DNA of 64,000 nt from an uncultured Christensenella sp. (GTDB lineage Bacteria; Bacillota; Clostridia; Christensenellales; UBA3700): the NCBI GenBank assembly GCA_910578245.1, contig CAJTPC010000001.1, forward strand, positions 91,603 through 155,602, given 5' to 3'. This document shows, in pieces, positions 38,588-48,258 of this stretch. A program made the position numbers and the translations under genes. The notes beneath the pieces are model-generated. The model worked only from the letters and a program-made list of their open reading frames with translations, searched no databases and was not told the DNA's origin. Every line of letters starts with the position of its first letter. Position 1 is the stretch's first letter.

Positions 38588-40507
38588 CTATACTACTGCC
38601 GTTTTATCTGCCGTACTTATCAGCGTTTCTGTATATTTAGTATTGAAATTCGTATTGGTAAACCAACTCGTCTTTGCATAGCCTGTATACTTTGTCAATG
38701 ATGGGAAAGTTTGAGTTTCGTGTTCCCACACATCGCTGTCTTTACGTACGTAATCAAAAGGATTGTTATAAAGAGCGCTGTTATAACTAGACAAACTGCC
38801 TGAATACAAGCGTTGCATTTTCGCTTCTTCAACGGCGTTATACTGATATTTATTTGCGTCGGTATCCCATTCCGCTACGTTAGGTACGATGTCTATCAAA
38901 TAGGTATAGTATTTCCCCGTGCTCACAGAAAAATCCTTAGCGACTTTTTGAAATCCGCTTGTCGCATTAGAATTAATATAATAGTTGTTGTAATCGGTAT
39001 AATTGCGATAAATAAACAAAGGCGGAACTGTAGACGAATAACTAAATCCTCCGGTACTTGTTATCGCCGGATTATTTGACGGAAGATAGAATATAAGACC
39101 CGTGGTTCTTCCCAAAAAAGCAAGCCCCTGACTTCCGATTTTTTCTACGTTGCCCAAATTAAACGTCCACATTGGCGCATTATGGAACGCCTTGTTGCCA
39201 ATTACGGAAACAGCGTCGTCAGGTATTGTCATGTGCCATACCCAACGATAAAAGAATGCTTGCTGACCTATGTCGTATCTCAACTTCGAGCTGCCTTGAG
39301 TACCTGCGATTACACGGCTTCTTTCAGTATCGACATTGGAAATTGCGCCGTTAATAGCTACGTTTTCTCCAAGTTGAGCTTGCGTAGTAAATGCGCTGAA
39401 ATCATTTTGAACTTGATTGCCGGAGCAATCAAGATAGTCGAATTGCCCCGCTCTGCTTTCTGAATTTTTAGCCAGATCTACTTGCGTAGGCAAAATTACG
39501 TTATAATTGTCCGAAGCGTTGACGGTATCGCCCCCGCTCTCCGTACCGTGATAACCCACCAAATACCATTTGCCTATTTTATATGATTCGTCAGACGTAA
39601 GTCCGGTAGCCAGCGAAGATGTTCTTGAAATATTTTTACAAAATACGAATCCGTCTACGGTGCGAATCAACCAAGAACGTCCTGCGCCTTTAACGTATAC
39701 ATTCATATATGCACCGCTTATTGATGCCAAACTTTGAACTTTAGATACAAAAGTACCGTTTGCATTGGAAGGAAGTTCGACTTCCACAATTTTTCCACAT
39801 CCGTTAAAAGCGGAAGTATTCAGTCCGCTTCCGTCTGCGCCCAGTCCTGATGGCAAAGAAATGTGACACAATGCGTTTCCGACAATGGCTTGCTCTCCTA
39901 TCGAAGTAACGCTGTCGGGAAGAGCGACGTCATACAATCTATCGCAAGTCTTAAAAGTGTAGGCGGGAATTGAAGTGAGTTTTGTAGCCTTGCTTAAATC
40001 CACTCTCTCCAACCAACCGCCACCCAAAGCAGATTTTGCGGAAGTAGCTCCGATAAACGACTGAAGATTGCTTCCCTCATCTGCCGTAATAGAAAGCCAC
40101 TTAACAGAGGGAATACCTTTTGTGTTATCATTGGAACCGGCGTCTATTGTCTTAACAGAGTTTGGCAAAAGCAAATGCACGTATTTATCAATAACATCGG
40201 TAGAATTCATACCCGTCCAAAGTCCGTCGGTTATTGACATTACGCTTGAACTGGTATAAATAAATTGTTCTTCAAGTATACCAAGTTTATTCGCGTACGC
40301 TTTAGCTTTGTCTTCAGTTTCAGCTATTATGTAAGGTTTTTCCCTGTAAAACTTATTGACTGCCGTGTTTTGTGTAACTACGCCGTTTTCGTCGTTAAAT
40401 TTATTGCTTAAAGGCAAAGTCAACAATGCGATCACTGTTAAGAACGCGATAAGAACTGTGGCTAAAACTACCCAAATGATTTTTCCAGATTTATTCTTCG
40501 TATTCAT
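38588..40507 (-). CDS. BspA-type leucine-rich-repeat surface protein (639 aa)
   Basis: N-terminal signal anchor. Repeated I(P/G)..AF..C..L..V.LP.SVTSIG-type LRR units. Confidence 0.65.
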   Translation of the reverse strand: MNTKNKSGKIIWVVLATVLIAFLTVIALLTLPLSNKFNDENGVVTQNTAVNKFYREKPYIIAETEDKAKAYANKLGILEEQFIYTSSSVMSITDGLWTGMNSTDVIDKYVHLLLPNSVKTIDAGSNDNTKGIPSVKWLSITADEGSNLQSFIGATSAKSALGGGWLERVDLSKATKLTSIPAYTFKTCDRLYDVALPDSVTSIGEQAIVGNALCHISLPSGLGADGSGLNTSAFNGCGKIVEVELPSNANGTFVSKVQSLASISGAYMNVYVKGAGRSWLIRTVDGFVFCKNISRTSSLATGLTSDESYKIGKWYLVGYHGTESGGDTVNASDNYNVILPTQVDLAKNSESRAGQFDYLDCSGNQVQNDFSAFTTQAQLGENVAINGAISNVDTERSRVIAGTQGSSKLRYDIGQQAFFYRWVWHMTIPDDAVSVIGNKAFHNAPMWTFNLGNVEKIGSQGLAFLGRTTGLIFYLPSNNPAITSTGGFSYSSTVPPLFIYRNYTDYNNYYINSNATSGFQKVAKDFSVSTGKYYTYLIDIVPNVAEWDTDANKYQYNAVEEAKMQRLYSGSLSSYNSALYNNPFDYVRKDSDVWEHETQTFPSLTKYTGYAKTSWFTNTNFNTKYTETLISTADKTAVV

Positions 40508-41039
40508 GAATTCCTCTCCATCACAAAAACCATATTTTATATGTTTTAACTTTACTCAATTCCCCTTATTATAGTTTTATTAGATCCCCTTATTTTTTTA
40601 TTTGCCGTCACACTTTAGCGACATGCGCAAATTATGCTATGCCTAAAATGATAAACTAATCGCCTCGCATATTACTACTAAGCAAAATGTCTTGTCAACT
40701 GTTTTTTTGTATTTTTTGGCTTATTTCCATCATTTTCCTCTATTTTTCGCCATTATTCTACAAAATCTTACACTAATTAAACAACTTTATCACAATATTA
40801 CATATTGCAAATATTCCATTATTGTTAATATAACTTCATTTACTATAACAATTTAAGTTAAAAAATTTGTCAAAACGCGACATCTAATTGCCTATTTCAA
40901 CAAATTTTATATTTCTTTCTCTTTACATTATAGTGATATAATAATAACACGATAGTTTCAAATAGTCAACACAATAGTTTTAATAAAACATAAAAATAGT
41001 GCATAAACTAGAACTATAGTTTAGCGCGTGGTGATAAAT

Positions 41040-41333
41040 ATGGATAAATTTGAAGTTGCAAGGCGCATAAAAAGTTTGCGTGAAGCAAAAAACTTAACTC
41101 AAAATGCTTTGGCTAATAATGCAGGGGTATCTCCAACTTATATTTATCAATTAGAAAAAGGTGAAAAGAGTCCTACGGTAGAATACCTTGACCACATTTG
41201 TTGGGGATTAGGAATATCGATTGAAGATTTTTTCAGTACAAAAGAAAAGTCAAAGGAACAAATTCCCGATAAATACTCAAATCTTACAGCAGAACAAAAA
41301 AAACTTCTAAACGAATTTTTGAATAGTTTGTAG
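41040..41333 (+). CDS. XRE-family HTH regulator
   Basis: IKSLREAKNLTQNALANNAGVSPTYIYQLEKGEKSPTVEYL. I moved the start to the Met at 41040. Confidence 0.8.
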   Translation: MDKFEVARRIKSLREAKNLTQNALANNAGVSPTYIYQLEKGEKSPTVEYLDHICWGLGISIEDFFSTKEKSKEQIPDKYSNLTAEQKKLLNEFLNSL

Positions 41334-41540
41334 TTTCAAGTCCATATCCACGATAGAAATTATATTACACTCCTTATATAACTTTCTTGACAAAATCTAT
41401 CGTGAAAACGTTGTTATGTTCCACTCAATTAATTCTAAATTTCAAAAAATCAACTCGAAATGCCAATAAATGCCCTATTTTTGCTACATTAGGATGAAAA
41501 AAGGTCTAATCGTCAAAAGACTTTTAGACCATTACACTTG
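41331..41540. repeat. Direct repeat copy A (~210 bp), left boundary of the tRNA-Leu(CAG) island
   Basis: Aligns with 47165-47374. The first ~115 bp are near-identical, the middle is diverged, and the end is conserved. It contains a minus-strand terminator GGTCTAA...TTAGACC followed by TTTTTT. Confidence 0.8.
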
Positions 41541-41598
41541 TGTGTATAAGACGAAATTTATCGTTTTGATAGGTGTGTATGACAACTTTTTATTTCGT

Positions 41599-42129
41599 CT
41601 ATCGCAATACATCGATAGGTTTGCGTTTAGACACGACGTAACTTCCGGTTAGGCTTATTATAAGCGTAACCGCAAGCGATACTGCAAATATTAATGCCAC
41701 CTGCCGTATTCCAAATACCGAAATAGGTATCATAATACCTAAATCGCTCTTTACCATAGAGTTGATGACAATACCCGCTATTCCGCTGATAAGAGAAGAT
41801 ATTGGGAATATCACAGCAAAGAGTATCATCCCTTCAAATAAACATATATGGAAAATATCTCTCGACGTTGCTCCGATCGCTCTCAATATGCCTATCTCCC
41901 TTTCTCTTGCCATAATTGAGTTTACCAAATAGTTGCCAAACATAAACGAGGCAAAAATGCCAATGCCAAGAGACACATAATAAAATATCTTTTTCATTAT
42001 ATCCATTGTGCTTTTAATAAATCCTGCTTGTTCCAAGACGCCGTTATTTGTCCGTATTTTTTCATTATTATCAAGGTATTGTGATATAACGTTCTTTATC
42101 TTAGATTTATTTTCAGGAGAAATCTTCAC
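41599..42129 (-). pseudogene. FtsX-family ABC permease, C-terminal fragment only
   Basis: The FtsX-domain motif REIGILRAIGATSRDI and three TM helices are present. The N-terminal TM and extracytoplasmic domain are missing. An in-frame TAA lies a few codons upstream of the GTG start, and there is no partner ATPase. Confidence 0.6.
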
Positions 42130-42322
42130 TAAGCCTGCGGTTGCCTCAATGTGTTTTGCTTCTAGCGTTGCTTTATCATTTTGGTATGCTACCGAATTTA
42201 TAAGTACCCTACTGCTCTCAGTGATAAAGTACGACCAAACATTGTCAAGTACTGAAATGTCTAGATATTAATCTAATATTTGAAAAATTACTCCATAATT
42301 CCTCAAGTATTATAATTAACCT

Positions 42323-44545
42323 CTATCTTCCTTCTTTTCCAGTATCACCTGGATCGCCAGTAGGTCCTGGTTTTCCTACTCCTGAATAACTCTTTCCACC
42401 TTGACCACCATTGCCGCCATCACCACCTGGGCCACCGGTGCCATTACTTCCATTCACTAACTGCGTGAAACTGCCTGTTATTGTTGCCATACCAGATTTA
42501 GCATCATAGCCTTGTCCTTTTGTACCACCTCTGCCGCCGGTACCACCTTTACCGCCTTTGCCACCAGTGCCCCAAGCATTATTTTTTCCTGGTCCACCTG
42601 TGCCGCCTTTGCCGCCTTTACCGCCATTGCCTCCATCGCCACCACGTGCGTATACTTGTGCCCATGACGCTATTTTGATTGCTCTCGCTACATTAAAAGC
42701 ATATCTGCCTGAACCACCTGTGCCACCTTGATGCCCTGTGTTACCTTGCGCTGCAGTTTCGGTCATAGCATCCCCTTGTTTGCCTTGTGCTCCGTTGCCT
42801 CCATTACCGCCATAGACTTCTAGTCTACTGACATTTATATATACATAGGACGCCCATACAGCGCTACCGCCATGTCTTCCAGCTATTGCCACTATATCTC
42901 CAGGTCCTACTGGGTTATTTACGTTTCCGTCGATCCCATTGCCACCATATATTTTCAGTGTGGAGGTACCTTCTTGTTGTATATTTATACTATGGCATAC
43001 TATACCGCTACAATAGTGCTCTGGGCTTCCCGTATACATTATATTGTACGTTAGTCTTTTCCCACCTCTTATTATTGAGTCACCTTTACATACTAAATTT
43101 AATCGGCAATCTCCACTCATTTCCATTCCACTTGTACCATTGATTCTAACTGCTATTGCTATATTCGAAGCCTTTGAGTAAATAGCGTTGTAGTCGTCTT
43201 GAGCTTGGAATTTGAAATCCCATAGTGTTATTGCTATTGGAGTCTCTCTTTCTTTCTCTATCTCAAATCTCAAATTCTTAAATTCTTTACTTGTTGTTCC
43301 CCTCAATATTACTTCTTCAACATCCGTACTAAATGTATATACACTATCCACGTTTGTTGGCAAATCTCTAAAGTCCATTATGGACAAAACCTTTGTTATT
43401 GTCCTTGTTTGATTTGTGCCAACTGATTCCGTCTCTGGCCATCTCGCTTTTAGAACTAAATTCCCTGTTGTCCCTTTCTCTATTCTCGTTATAACATTGT
43501 TATTATTTGTAAGGTTTATCCATCCTCTATTATATAAACCATTACTTAATCCATATTGCCTACTGCTTGGCAAGTCAAATGCGTCTTCTATTGTATAATT
43601 CCTATTTGATACGCCACTGCCGCCGTCTGCATTAAATGTAATACTGTATACTGTTGGCGTCCACTTTGCATATAATGTTATACTTGGAGCAGTTATTCCT
43701 TCTATATCTTGATCCCACTTGATTCCATTTCCGTAGTTTTTACCGCTTAAATCCGATTCTGCAAACCATCCTGCGAAGTCATAACCATCCTTCGTTGGCT
43801 TTGGCATACCTGACAATATACTTCCATATACCACTCCTGACATGTTACTACATGCGCTACCACCATTACTGTTAAATACTATTTCACTATTCTTCTCTTC
43901 CCATTGTGCCAATATTTCCAAAGTTCCATTATTTTCATAGTTATCAGTAATGTCTGGCATAGTGACAAATTCGAATTTTTTATTACTTTCATTTTTGTAT
44001 GTCCAATATGTAAAATTGTAACCTACTTTTAAAGGAATATCTACCGAAATATCCATCCCTACGTTTGCTGTTATTTCTTTATATATATTGCTATCATCAT
44101 AATAATATATAACTGTATGCAATTCGTCTGTATAGCGTGGGGACAAAACAATAATCCCATCACTATTTTTAAATGCTTCTAGATTAGGCACGTACGAACT
44201 TGCCCAGCCAAAAATTTGATCTTGACAATAAAAGTCCTCAAACTTTTTACCGCTTATATAACCGCCTTTCTCTATAAATAACTTCTTTATTTCAAAAAAA
44301 TTAACCTCTTTTCCTTGTGTTAATTTTACCGAACTGTCAGTGCTTATTCCATCATCGCCAATATACAAATAATTATTGCCCATATCTATCTTTACTGTAT
44401 AAGCAACAATCTCCTCGCATGCGAAGACGATTTCATCCCCAATAATAACATTTATTATTGAAGCAATAAAAACCAAACTGACTACAATTAATATCAAAAA
44501 TAATCTTTTTTGTCTTATACCAAATGTTTTCATAAATACCTCCAT
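42323..44545 (-). CDS. Secreted/anchored protein with Listeria-Bacteroides (InlB B-type) repeats and a glycine-rich C-terminal third
   Basis: N-terminal TM/signal. Repeats include GYDFAGWF...ITLYAKWTP. The C-terminus has YGGNGGNGAQGKQGD, GGDGGNGGKGGKGGTGGPGK and GGPGGDGGNGGQGGK. Confidence 0.65.
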   Translation of the reverse strand: MEVFMKTFGIRQKRLFLILIVVSLVFIASIINVIIGDEIVFACEEIVAYTVKIDMGNNYLYIGDDGISTDSSVKLTQGKEVNFFEIKKLFIEKGGYISGKKFEDFYCQDQIFGWASSYVPNLEAFKNSDGIIVLSPRYTDELHTVIYYYDDSNIYKEITANVGMDISVDIPLKVGYNFTYWTYKNESNKKFEFVTMPDITDNYENNGTLEILAQWEEKNSEIVFNSNGGSACSNMSGVVYGSILSGMPKPTKDGYDFAGWFAESDLSGKNYGNGIKWDQDIEGITAPSITLYAKWTPTVYSITFNADGGSGVSNRNYTIEDAFDLPSSRQYGLSNGLYNRGWINLTNNNNVITRIEKGTTGNLVLKARWPETESVGTNQTRTITKVLSIMDFRDLPTNVDSVYTFSTDVEEVILRGTTSKEFKNLRFEIEKERETPIAITLWDFKFQAQDDYNAIYSKASNIAIAVRINGTSGMEMSGDCRLNLVCKGDSIIRGGKRLTYNIMYTGSPEHYCSGIVCHSINIQQEGTSTLKIYGGNGIDGNVNNPVGPGDIVAIAGRHGGSAVWASYVYINVSRLEVYGGNGGNGAQGKQGDAMTETAAQGNTGHQGGTGGSGRYAFNVARAIKIASWAQVYARGGDGGNGGKGGKGGTGGPGKNNAWGTGGKGGKGGTGGRGGTKGQGYDAKSGMATITGSFTQLVNGSNGTGGPGGDGGNGGQGGKSYSGVGKPGPTGDPGDTGKEGR

Positions 44546-44695
44546 TCTATTAATAAAACAATTTAACTTCTTAATTCGTCCCCCAATTTAATATTTTTAT
44601 AAGAAAATCATTCTATTAGGCACTACATGCTCTCTACTCCTCTACTTAAATAACAATTCTATCAACGATTTTGTCCCATCTTCTCACAAAATTTC

Positions 44696-44727
44696 ATAAA
44701 AAAAGACAACTAGTCTAAATAGTTGTC
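44696..44727 (-). terminator. Rho-independent terminator after the anti-sigma-like gene
   Basis: Minus strand AGACAACTA, 7-nt loop, TAGTTGTCT, followed by a T7 run. Confidence 0.7.
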
Positions 44728-44770
44728 TCTCAAATAGATTTATGAACTTACTATAATATCACTTCACCTC

Positions 44771-45448
44771 TTAAGAATAAATCATGTCTAATGCTTCAGT
44801 TACTGGCATTTCACTAAAACTATCAAAATTTATAAAATAATTATATTCGCCAATCGTAAATGTCATTGCATATGAGTAATAAAAATTATCCTCCTCATAA
44901 CTTATCAAATATCTAACTGGTATATCTCTCCATTTTACACTATCCGTTATAATGTCGAATTTTTGAAGTTGAGTTAAAATGTATGATTTATTTACCACAT
45001 TTAACTTAATATCGTCAAAATACTCATCGAATATAATCATCTCAATATACAATCCAAAATTTTGATTGTTTTCTTTATATGTCATTATGGACGTATATGA
45101 CTCAATATATTCTATTGACGGCAATAGACAATTAAAATTATATTTATTATTAATCTCATCAATATCGCTTATTTCTACTAATTCGATTTGAGAATTATCA
45201 CAATAAAAATATTGTGACGCATCTTGCGGTGCCCCTTCTTTATTCAACAATATTGGAAGAGCAACTGACAAGGAAACTATTACCGCTAAGAGCATAGTAA
45301 ACGCAATCCATACATATTTGGGAATGCTTCTATGCACCTTTATCTCGTACTCACTTCTATTTCTCAATTTTTGCAGGTCTGTATCTTTCCCTCTCTTTGT
45401 AGAGTCAACATACTTTCCCATTAATTCGTTAAATCTATCGTCTTTCAT
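44771..45448 (-). CDS. Single-pass membrane protein, anti-sigma-factor candidate
   Basis: ~45-aa cytoplasmic N-terminus, a TM (YVWIAFTMLLAVIVSLSVALPILL) and an extracytoplasmic domain. It lies two genes downstream of a sigma factor. Assigned by context only. Confidence 0.4.
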   Translation of the reverse strand: MKDDRFNELMGKYVDSTKRGKDTDLQKLRNRSEYEIKVHRSIPKYVWIAFTMLLAVIVSLSVALPILLNKEGAPQDASQYFYCDNSQIELVEISDIDEINNKYNFNCLLPSIEYIESYTSIMTYKENNQNFGLYIEMIIFDEYFDDIKLNVVNKSYILTQLQKFDIITDSVKWRDIPVRYLISYEEDNFYYSYAMTFTIGEYNYFINFDSFSEMPVTEALDMIYS

Positions 45449-45449
45449 T

Positions 45450-46319
45450 CTAATTTATTGCAACAGCTTCTGCCGCTATCATATTACCTCCGCTATTTAG
45501 TAAATAATATCCGTCTTCGTTATTTATTCCCGAAGAAACATGAATATATGTATTTGATAGTATTAAAGTATTATCCGCGTTATAATAATTTACCTTTTGG
45601 TATCCGTATGCTACAACTATATGATTACCCCCATAAAAATTTTTGCTAATTAAAACATGGGTTCCCAAATCATTAAATGACACAAAATTATAACCACTCA
45701 GGAAAAGTGCTACTGGTCTTCCACTGCGCAGCTCTGCTTCAAAATTAGCGAAATTAAAATTGCCATTTGACATAACTGATATATAAGATATATTCCTATC
45801 CCGCGATTGCACATACAATCTTAAGCCGTTTTGAAAATCCTCTTGTGTAGTTCCGTCACTCTTTGTGTTAGTTTTCATATACGTATAAAGCGTATTTATT
45901 ACTGCTTGCTTTTTATCTTTATTCAAAGCCATAAGATAGTATGTATAATTATTGCCACGCTGTATCCCAATCGTACAATCTGGGATCAAATTGTCATAAT
46001 ACCTATCATAAAAGCCTATAATATTCGCTCCTGCCACGTTAGCGCAAGTATTTTTCAATGATCCATTCGTATTATAATAATCTGGGAACGAACTGTTGAT
46101 TTTATATTTAGTAGTATCTTTCCAGCTGTAATAAATAGTTTCCACTTCGGCATTTTGTGTAGCCGCCTCTGAATAAAGTATATCATCAGAATAGGTTGTT
46201 GCTACTTCTGCCTCGCATTTATTGTTAGCACTGAATGTTGTTATGCAAAAAGACGAAACAACGATAATTAGGACCATTATAATTACATTTATTTTTTTAT
46301 TCATTATTTTACCCTCCAT
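45450..46319 (-). CDS. Secreted papain/C39-like cysteine peptidase candidate
   Basis: Signal peptide. Candidate nucleophile in KNTCANVAGANIIGFY and candidate His in GGNHIVVAYGY. The fold assignment is inference. Confidence 0.4.
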   Translation of the reverse strand: MEGKIMNKKINVIIMVLIIVVSSFCITTFSANNKCEAEVATTYSDDILYSEAATQNAEVETIYYSWKDTTKYKINSSFPDYYNTNGSLKNTCANVAGANIIGFYDRYYDNLIPDCTIGIQRGNNYTYYLMALNKDKKQAVINTLYTYMKTNTKSDGTTQEDFQNGLRLYVQSRDRNISYISVMSNGNFNFANFEAELRSGRPVALFLSGYNFVSFNDLGTHVLISKNFYGGNHIVVAYGYQKVNYYNADNTLILSNTYIHVSSGINNEDGYYLLNSGGNMIAAEAVAIN

Positions 46320-46331
46320 AAATATAGCAAT

Positions 46332-46904
46332 CTAAATGTCAATTTTGTCCCAACCTTTTATATTCAATTCGTTTTTCAAAATTTCTATTGCGTCATTTTT
46401 CAATCTCCCAACCTGTGTTTTGGAAATACCTAAATCCTTAGCAATCTGTCTAATCGTTTTGTCTTCAAAATATGTTTCCTGAATTATTATCCGTTGCATA
46501 TCTGTTAATTTCATCATTGCAACATTTATATCATTTCTTAATCCTACGACTTCCATCGAATCGTCAGTCTGATAATTATTGACTTTTAAATAATCAACGT
46601 ATGCTATATTATTCCCAACTTGACGATTTAACTTTTTTAATCTGTTTAGCACTTGCCTAGTCATTACTCTACATAAGTAACCATAAGCATTTTTATATAT
46701 TAAAAAACCATTTGCATATTTCTTTATATCATACCAAAAATCTTGAACTAAATCATCTGCCTCACTTTCATTTTTGAGATATTTTAAGGCAATGTATCTG
46801 ATAGTTGGAGACATAAGTTCATAGAGATGTGATATGCTATCATCGTCTCCTTGTCTGACTTTTATCAATAATACATTTAAATATTCTCTTGGCTCTTTAT
46901 CCAT
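46332..46904 (-). CDS. Sigma-70 family (ECF-like) RNA polymerase sigma factor
   Basis: Region 2-like ADDLVQDFWYDI. Region 4 HTH LTDMQRIIIQETYFEDKTIRQIAKDLGISKTQVGRL. Confidence 0.8.
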   Translation of the reverse strand: MDKEPREYLNVLLIKVRQGDDDSISHLYELMSPTIRYIALKYLKNESEADDLVQDFWYDIKKYANGFLIYKNAYGYLCRVMTRQVLNRLKKLNRQVGNNIAYVDYLKVNNYQTDDSMEVVGLRNDINVAMMKLTDMQRIIIQETYFEDKTIRQIAKDLGISKTQVGRLKNDAIEILKNELNIKGWDKIDI

Positions 46905-47164
46905 GCGTAATTCTCTTTATTTAACATTGTATATCGAAATTTATTATACTATACACTTAACAAACTTTCAAGAACAATCGTAATCTTTCTAAAAATGATT
47001 CTTGACATAAATCAGAGTGTAAAATCATAATTCATTACTATTCGTTTTATCAGTGCAATATTTTACACTTGCAATATCTATTTCTTGTGTATTATAAATA
47101 ACTGCTCTTCTCACTTATTTGCAATTTGATTATTACTTCACTTTATCAATTTATGAAGCCATAA

Positions 47165-47374
47165 TAGTTTCAAGTCCATATGCACGATAGAAATTATATT
47201 ACACTCCTTACGTAACTTTCTTGACAAAATCTATCGTGAAAACGTTGTTATGTACCACTCAATTAATTCTAAATATCAATAAATAAACTCAAAATGCCAA
47301 TAATTGTCATAAATTTTCTATAATAGAATGAAAAAAGGTCTAAATGTCAGAAGACTTTTAGACCAATACACTTG
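47165..47374. repeat. Direct repeat copy B (~210 bp), right boundary of the island
   Basis: See copy A. It is followed immediately by a 21-nt exact copy of the tRNA-Leu(CAG) 3' end. Confidence 0.8.
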
Positions 47375-47393
47375 GTGCGGATAACAAGATTTG
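47373..47393 (-). repeat. Duplicated 3' terminal 21 nt of tRNA-Leu(CAG) (att-like remnant)
   Basis: TGGTGCGGATAACAAGATTTG is identical to 47501-47521. A degenerate third copy (TGTGTATAAGACGAAATTT) follows repeat A at 41541-41559. Confidence 0.75.
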
Positions 47394-47500
47394 TAAGGAG
47401 CAACGCGACGGTATAGCGAGCGAATATGCGAGCGTCACAGTTTGGACTGTCGCCGTTATCCCACAAAAACGGCAGACTCAATACCTTGAGCCTGCCTTAA

Positions 47501-47587
47501 TGGTGCGGATAACAAGATTTGAACTTGCACGGCCTTTCGGCCATAAGAACCTGAATCTTACGCGTCTGCCAATTCCGCCATATCCGC
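47501..47587 (-). tRNA. tRNA-Leu (anticodon CAG), class II, CCA encoded
   Basis: The reverse complement is GCGGATATGGCGGAATTGGCAGACGCGTAAGATTCAGGTTCTTATGGCCGAAAGGCCGTGCAAGTTCAAATCTTGTTATCCGCACCA. Anticodon loop TTCAGGT. A hairpin plus T-run follows at 47465-47496 on the minus strand. Confidence 0.9.
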
Positions 47588-47973
47588 TTAATATGGAAAA
47601 ATATTTTGTAGTTACTATATTATCAAAATATGATTTCTTAGTCAATGAATATCAAAATGTTTTTAGCAATTATTTATAAACTCTTTGGATTGTAGAAAAT
47701 AACTGCAATATTTGTCATAAATGCAAATATCGTAAATAAAATATATTGTAGATTCGTCATAAAATAGCAACATTATATGGATATTTTAGCATTAGATACA
47801 ACAGTTGATTAATATTCAAATGCGATTATTATGCTAAATAGAAGTATTAATGATATTTCTCATATGGATATTTTAGGAGTATATTCCTGCCTATCCCCTA
47901 TTTTGACGTTTTTACGAATCTACTGCATTTATTGGCAATATTTAGAAGCATAAATGCTAAAAAGGAGAATTTA

Positions 47974-48258
47974 ATGAGCCAAATAACGCAACCGACAACA
48001 ACTAAGCCGCAAAAATCCTTGAATATCGTATTTGACAGCATAATAGAAATAAATGGGCTAACAGAAATGATAGAAAGCGATGAAAAGCAGGTTATATGCA
48101 ATTTGGGCGATAAATCGCTTATAATTACCGGAGAAAAACTTAAAATAGTCAATCTAGACACGTCTAGAGGCATTTGCTCTTTATCCGGCAGTATTACAGC
48201 GCTAAAATACTCAAAAGGCAAGCAAAAGCTATCATTTTTCAAGAAAATATTCAAATGA
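47974..48258 (+). CDS. yabP: Sporulation protein YabP
   Basis: GGAGA RBS, then ATG at 47974. GDKSLIITGEKLKIVNLDTSRGICSLSGSITALKY matches the YabP beta-rich repeat pattern as I recall it. 4-nt overlap with the next gene. Confidence 0.7.
   Translation: MSQITQPTTTKPQKSLNIVFDSIIEINGLTEMIESDEKQVICNLGDKSLIITGEKLKIVNLDTSRGICSLSGSITALKYSKGKQKLSFFKKIFK

Noticed and set aside
42323-42950. A collagen-like or PE_PGRS-type protein call for the glycine-rich C-terminus
   Set aside because: Only a very short G-X-Y run is present (GKPGPTGDPGDTGKEG). The rest is GGxGG-type and interrupted by ordinary sequence. No specific family can be asserted without a profile search.
13327-47500. Integrase, transposase or recombinase genes associated with either tRNA-Leu island
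   Set aside because: I looked for tyrosine and serine recombinase or DDE motifs in all ORFs within and next to both islands and saw none. The islands are therefore described as decayed or immobile.
47898-48254. The 118-aa minus-strand ORF
   Set aside because: It is antisense to yabP, which has an RBS and family-like sequence. The antisense frame is hydrophobic low-complexity.
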